Source: Chitinophagales bacterium
Lineage (GTDB): Bacteria; Bacteroidota; Bacteroidia; Chitinophagales; LD1
Direction of reading: 5' to 3'
Assembly (NCBI GenBank): GCA_016787045.1
Contig: JAEUVA010000024.1
Location: 33,618-97,617, forward strand
DNA: 64,000 nt
Part shown: positions 58,854 through 64,000 of the stretch, in pieces
Layout: each line of letters starts with the position of its first letter
How positions within the stretch are numbered: the stretch's first letter is position 1
Translations under genes and position numbers: made by a program
The notes under the pieces: generated by a model
Databases searched by the model: none
Told to the model about the DNA's origin: nothing
What the model saw: only the letters and a program-made list of their open reading frames with translations

Positions 58854-59597
58854 TTAAAAAATATTGATGAACCCTAATTGTACCACTAACCCGCGGGGAT
58901 AAATGGAATAGGCGCGTTGCGAAGGAGAGGTAAACGGGTGCAGTACATTGTAAGACACCATAAGGGGGAAAAAGAAGTTGCGGCTTTGCAACAGATTGTA
59001 TCCGGCACCTACCAAAAGGGCAGGAATGGTTTTGTCTATTTTGGGGATGATGACCTTGTAAGTATTGTTTTGTGGATTCACCTGCACGCTTACACTGCCG
59101 CTGTAAAAATCATCTAATCTACGGTGAAGCACTTCCATACGAACGCGCGCAAAAAGACCCTTCCAAATGTTGTATTGCAAAAATGCGCCACCCCCAAACG
59201 TGTGCCAATTGGCATTGGCAAAGTAAGATTTGCCGGTGTTATCGGTAAACTGGATGTTGCGGAAACCGGTGTAGAAATAAGTAAGCCCGCCACCTGCATA
59301 CAGCCCTATACCTGTGCCTCTTTTTTTGTTGGGTTCCCAAACGCGGTAACCTACATACGGTGAAAGCCCCACATCTATTCGGCCCTGACCAATAGAAAGG
59401 TTAAAGTTTGGCTCAATAATAAACTTGGATAAATCCACCTTTTTTTTGGTCGTAAAACCCTGAAAATCACCATCAGGCGGGCGCTGATTGCCCTGTGTTT
59501 GAGGTTTACTGCTGGGTGGCGGTAACTCGTCATCTTGTGCTGTGGCCGACAACACAGCAAACAAGAGCATCAATGGAAACAATTTTTTCACCGCCAA
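58854..59597 (-). CDS. Hypothetical outer-membrane protein
   Basis: Signal peptide, Pro-rich N-segment, SPYVGYR, amphipathic strands, C-terminal Phe. Confidence 0.55.
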   Translation of the reverse strand: MAVKKLFPLMLLFAVLSATAQDDELPPPSSKPQTQGNQRPPDGDFQGFTTKKKVDLSKFIIEPNFNLSIGQGRIDVGLSPYVGYRVWEPNKKRGTGIGLYAGGGLTYFYTGFRNIQFTDNTGKSYFANANWHTFGGGAFLQYNIWKGLFARVRMEVLHRRLDDFYSGSVSVQVNPQNNTYKVIIPKIDKTIPALLVGAGYNLLQSRNFFFPLMVSYNVLHPFTSPSQRAYSIYPRGLVVQLGFINIF

Positions 59598-59787
59598 AAG
59601 GGTTTGTGTTCAAACGAAAGTAAGCGAAATATGTTTCAAAGGCAGACAATTTTTGTGAAAGAAAGTTTGGCGATGGCAAGTAAAATTTGCTGGTTGTCGG
59701 AAAGTCGGAAAATAAGTGCAATTAACAGGGGCCGGGGTGTATCTTTTTCAGGAACTACACGTAAACGCTACATATTAACGCCCCGAC

Positions 59788-62700
59788 ATGAATCACAGGT
59801 ACGAGAATAATTTTCAAAAAACATGTTCGCTTTCGGAAGAAGGACCGAAAGTGGGCGGCTGGCACAAAGCCGTAATCATGTTGGCAGTAGCACTGGCCGC
59901 ACTACAGGCAACTGCACAGGTAACCATAATCCAGAACAGTAACTCACAAACACTCTCACAGCTACTGGCAGGTACTGGTGTTACGATTACCAATTACACG
60001 AAAAGTTGTGCAAACAACGGTACGGGCACATTTAACAATGTAAGCAGTAACTTAGGATTGACCGGTGGTGTGGTGATGGCCAGTGGTAATGTAACCAATA
60101 TTTCTCAGCCGGCTAACAATTTCGCTTCTACACAATTTACGCTTACCGGAGATGCTCAGCTTTCTACCCTTACCGGTGGAACTATTTATGACCCATGTGT
60201 TTTAGAATTTGATATTGTACCTCAAGGGCCACTACTGCGTTTCAATTATGTATTTGCCTCAGAAGAATATCCGGAGTGGGTGTGTTCGCAGTTTAATGAT
60301 GTGTTTGGATTTTTTATATCGGGTCCAAAACCGGGTGGCGGCAATTATACTAACCAAAATATTGCTATTATTCCAAATACGAATTTGCCTGTTGCTATCA
60401 ATACGATAAATGCCGGGGTGCCCGGTGCAAATGCGGGTGGTGGTACTTGCTCGGGTAGCAACCAATCTTTGGCATACTCTTCGTTATATAAGAACAACCT
60501 ATCACCAGTAAATCCGGTTATTGTTTATGACGCTCAAACGCATGTACTGCAAGCCACAATAGCCGTAACACCCTGCCAATCTTATCATTTAAAAATAGCG
60601 ATAGCCGATGTGGCCGATCGGATATATGACTCGGGAGTTTTCTTGGAGGCGTATTCATTTACTTCAAACCCCATTTCGGTATCTGCAGTATCTGCCTTAC
60701 AGTATGCGGGTTTCTCCAGTGCTTATGAAGGGTGTGTGAATGGCACTTTTACGCTCACACTTTCGCAGGTTCAACAAACAGATGTGTTTGTAAATCTTGC
60801 TATCAGTGGCACTGCAACCAATGGCACAGACTATACTACTATACCTGCGGTTGTAATGATACCTGCGGGGCAAACTACATTAACCATTCCGCTTACGCCA
60901 CTTGCTGATGGGTTAACTGAAGCTCCGGAAACCGTAACACTTGCTGTGCTGGACCCTTGTACAGGTGCTGTATCGAGCAGCGCCAGCATAACTATTCGCG
61001 ATGATATACCTCCTTCAATTACAGTAAGTGACAGTACGCTTTGTCTCGGCCAATCTGCACAGCTCAATGCCAATGGTGGATTAACTTACACTTGGAGCCC
61101 CGCAGCAGGGTTAAGCAGTGCTACGGTTAAAAATCCTATTGCCACACCAACGGTTACCACTACTTATACTGTAACCATGACTTGGGGTAGTTGCACTAAA
61201 ACCGCCTCGCAGACCATTTATGTAAGCAACCCAGCAAATATTGTAAACGCTACACCGGCAGGCACTATTTGTAATGGAGGTACAGTTACGCTCACTTCGG
61301 CTCCAACTAACGGACAATCTCCTTACTCATATTTATGGAGTACAGGAGCCACTACACCAACAACAGTAGTAGCCACCAGTGGTACCTACATTGTTACAGC
61401 TACAGACAATTTTGGATGCTCGGCCTCTGCTTCCAGAACAGTTACTATTTCAAATTTAAATATCACGGGAGTAACCACTAATGTAACTTGCCTTGGTGCA
61501 AACAATGGCACTATAGATATTACAGTAACCGGTAGTAATGCTCCATTTACATATAACTGGGGCGGTGGAGTTACTACACAAGATCGCACCAACCTTGCAG
61601 CTGGCACTTATACAGTTACTGCCAGCAATACGGTAGGGTGTTCAGTTACTGCATCTTACACCATCACACAACCAGCAGCAGCGCTTACTTCAACAGCAAC
61701 ACAAAATAATATTATTTGTAATGGGTTAAACAATGGGAGTATTAATCTAACTGTTAACGGTGGAGTTGCTCCCTATACTTTCAGTTGGAGCAATGGCGCT
61801 ACTACAGAAGATATTGCCACTCTATCAGCAGCAGTTTATACCGTAACTATAACAGACTTCAATGGCTGCACAGCCACCCGTACGGTAACCATTACTCAAC
61901 CCCCGGTATTAGCTACTTCATCTGCACAAATAAATGTGTCTTGTAACGGTGGTAACACCGGCTCAGTTGATTTAAGTGTAAGTGGCGGTGTAGCACCATA
62001 TGTTTACTCTTGGAGTAACGGGATAAGCACACAAGATATTTTTACATTAACAGCCGGAGCATACAGTGTAACTGTGGCCGATTCTAACGGATGTACAGCC
62101 ACTCGCTCTGTAAATATTACTCAGCCAACGGCTATCAATATATCGCTTGCTGCTACAAATGTAGCTTGTAATGGCGGCAATACAGGCAGTATTAACACTA
62201 CGGTAACCGGTGGTACTGGGGCTTACACCTATAACTGGGGAGGTGGTATTACCACACAGAACCGTACATCTTTAGTTGCAGGCACCTATACAGTTACCGC
62301 AACCGATGCCAACGGATGTACCGCAACTGCGACTGCGACTATTGCCCAACCTGCGGTGCTTACAGTTAGTAATACAGCCACAAACATTTCTTGTAATGGC
62401 GGAAGCAACGGTGCAATTACTACAACAGTAACCGGTGGCAACTCGCCTTACAGTTACAACTGGGGTGGGGGAATAACCACACCAAACAGAGCTGCATTGG
62501 CCACAGGCACATATACTGTTACAGTTACATCAACCGGTGGATGTACAGCCACGGCATCTTCTACTATAACACAACCTACGGCACTTAACTTATCGGCAGT
62601 AGCTACTCCTGTAAGTTGCAATGGTGGTAACAACGGCAGTATAGATTTGACAGTATCGGGTGGTACTGGTACATACACCTACAACTGGACCGGTGGAGTT

Positions 62701-64000
62701 ACAACTCAAGATCGCTCTAACCTTACAGCAGGGTCATTTACTGTAACCGTTACAGATGCGAATGCTTGTACGGCTACTGCTTCATACAGCATTACACAAC
62801 CTGCAGTGTTGAATATCTCGTTTACCTCCGTAAATCCGGTTTGTAACGGTGGAAGCACCGGCAGTATCAACACCACAATAACCGGTGGCAATTCGCCATA
62901 CACCTTCTTATGGAACGATGGAACAACCACACAAAACCGTACCGGACTAGCTGCCGGAGTTTATCAAATTACTGTTACTGACAATAAAGGTTGTACTGCT
63001 GCAGGAAGCAGAACTATTACTCAACCAACTGCTATCGCTATTTCACCAAGTGTAACCAATGCGAGCTGTGCGGTAGGAAACGATGGAAGCATTTCGTTGG
63101 CTGTAAGTGGTGGTACCGCTCCATATACCTACAATTGGGGTGGAGGCATCATTACACAAAACCGTACAAACTTAGTAGCCGGTACCTATACAGTTACCGT
63201 TACTGATAATGCCGGATGTACTGCATCTCAAGCGGTAAATGTTACTCAAATAGGTTCGGGTATCACCTTGTCTTCATCAGCCACAAATGTGCTTTGTTTT
63301 GGAGCAAATACCGGAGCCATTGATGTAACCGCTTCTACATCAAACCCACCTTTAAACTACAATTGGGGCGGTGGTGTTACTACCGAAGACCGCACCAACT
63401 TAGTAGCTGGCACATATTCAGTTACGGTAACAGATGCAGCCGGTTGTTCAGCGGTTTCTACCAACACTATCACTCAACCCACAACCGCACTATCTGTTAC
63501 AAAAATTACTGGTCAAGTAAGTTGCTTTGGAGGAAATGATGGATTTATCAATATCAATGTAAATGGAGGCACTGCTCCTTATACCTATAACTGGGGTGGA
63601 GGCATCACCACGCAAAACCGTAGCAGTTTAACAAGTGGTACTTATACCGTTACTGTAACTGACAACTCAGGTTGCACACTTAGCAATACCACAGCCATTA
63701 CTCAGCCGGCTTCGGCACTCAGCGTAAATACAACACCTACTCATGTATCCTGTTTTGGCGGAAGCACTGGTGCGGTGAGTGCAGCTATTGGTGGAGGCAC
63801 GTCTCCATACACATTTGCATGGAACAATGGTGGAGTATCACAAAACATCAGCGCGTTGGCATCTGGTACTTTTACTATTACAGTTACCGATAGCAAAGGA
63901 TGTACTGCGCAGTCATCCGCAACGGTAAACCAACCCGCTGCGGTATTATCCGTATCTTTTAGCAACACACACGTTTTGTGCAATGGTGCCAGCACGGGCA
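59788..64000 (+). CDS. Giant adhesin-like protein: choice-of-anchor L domain, Calx-beta-like domain, SprB repeats; 3' end beyond window
   Basis: Not in the ORF track (no stop). Hand translation: MNHRY...LAVALAALQATAQ, DPCVLEFD...FNYVFASEEYPEWVCSQFNDVFGFFISG, KIAIADVADRIYDSGVFLE, GTATNGTDY...DGLTEAPETV, then roughly 75-aa repeats YNWGGG(V/I)TTQ(D/N)RT.L.AGTYTVT. Confidence 0.85.
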   Translation, partial: MNHRYENNFQKTCSLSEEGPKVGGWHKAVIMLAVALAALQATAQVTIIQNSNSQTLSQLLAGTGVTITNYTKSCANNGTGTFNNVSSNLGLTGGVVMASGNVTNISQPANNFASTQFTLTGDAQLSTLTGGTIYDPCVLEFDIVPQGPLLRFNYVFASEEYPEWVCSQFNDVFGFFISGPKPGGGNYTNQNIAIIPNTNLPVAINTINAGVPGANAGGGTCSGSNQSLAYSSLYKNNLSPVNPVIVYDAQTHVLQATIAVTPCQSYHLKIAIADVADRIYDSGVFLEAYSFTSNPISVSAVSALQYAGFSSAYEGCVNGTFTLTLSQVQQTDVFVNLAISGTATNGTDYTTIPAVVMIPAGQTTLTIPLTPLADGLTEAPETVTLAVLDPCTGAVSSSASITIRDDIPPSITVSDSTLCLGQSAQLNANGGLTYTWSPAAGLSSATVKNPIATPTVTTTYTVTMTWGSCTKTASQTIYVSNPANIVNATPAGTICNGGTVTLTSAPTNGQSPYSYLWSTGATTPTTVVATSGTYIVTATDNFGCSASASRTVTISNLNITGVTTNVTCLGANNGTIDITVTGSNAPFTYNWGGGVTTQDRTNLAAGTYTVTASNTVGCSVTASYTITQPAAALTSTATQNNIICNGLNNGSINLTVNGGVAPYTFSWSNGATTEDIATLSAAVYTVTITDFNGCTATRTVTITQPPVLATSSAQINVSCNGGNTGSVDLSVSGGVAPYVYSWSNGISTQDIFTLTAGAYSVTVADSNGCTATRSVNITQPTAINISLAATNVACNGGNTGSINTTVTGGTGAYTYNWGGGITTQNRTSLVAGTYTVTATDANGCTATATATIAQPAVLTVSNTATNISCNGGSNGAITTTVTGGNSPYSYNWGGGITTPNRAALATGTYTVTVTSTGGCTATASSTITQPTALNLSAVATPVSCNGGNNGSIDLTVSGGTGTYTYNWTGGVTTQDRSNLTAGSFTVTVTDANACTATASYSITQPAVLNISFTSVNPVCNGGSTGSINTTITGGNSPYTFLWNDGTTTQNRTGLAAGVYQITVTDNKGCTAAGSRTITQPTAIAISPSVTNASCAVGNDGSISLAVSGGTAPYTYNWGGGIITQNRTNLVAGTYTVTVTDNAGCTASQAVNVTQIGSGITLSSSATNVLCFGANTGAIDVTASTSNPPLNYNWGGGVTTEDRTNLVAGTYSVTVTDAAGCSAVSTNTITQPTTALSVTKITGQVSCFGGNDGFININVNGGTAPYTYNWGGGITTQNRSSLTSGTYTVTVTDNSGCTLSNTTAITQPASALSVNTTPTHVSCFGGSTGAVSAAIGGGTSPYTFAWNNGGVSQNISALASGTFTITVTDSKGCTAQSSATVNQPAAVLSVSFSNTHVLCNGASTG

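Overview
64-kb chromosomal segment of a Bacteroidota bacterium, probably Chitinophagales/Saprospiria-like. This rests on T9SS C-terminal sorting domains, a PorP/SprF gene, TAnnTT(T/C)G promoter elements and a general lack of Shine-Dalgarno sites. About 40 genes are present. Housekeeping genes include panD, rfaE2, a DEAD-box helicase, ruvX, aspS and dnaG. Six proteins carry a T9SS sorting domain: two paralogous SprB-like adhesins, PhoD, Omp28/thioredoxin, an M43 protease and a small CTD protein. A partial giant choice-of-anchor-L/SprB protein is probably a seventh cargo. I found no rRNA, tRNA, CRISPR array, transposase or prophage. Three coding regions are missing from the supplied ORF track: a tandem double-PhyH dioxygenase running off the left edge (1-1026, -), a 54-aa membrane peptide coupled to the NSS transporter (23716-23880, -), and the giant adhesin running off the right edge (59788-64000, +). 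Best leads: (1) a tight UDP-sugar dehydrogenase / TMTC-like glycosyltransferase / Wzm / PhyH(HxN) / double-PhyH operon; (2) a small T9SS protein paired with a CTD-less collagen/tail-fibre protein; (3) a DEGS1-like sphingolipid desaturase; (4) a paralogous adhesin pair with swapped type A/type B sorting signals. All functional calls come from motif recognition by eye; no database searches were run.
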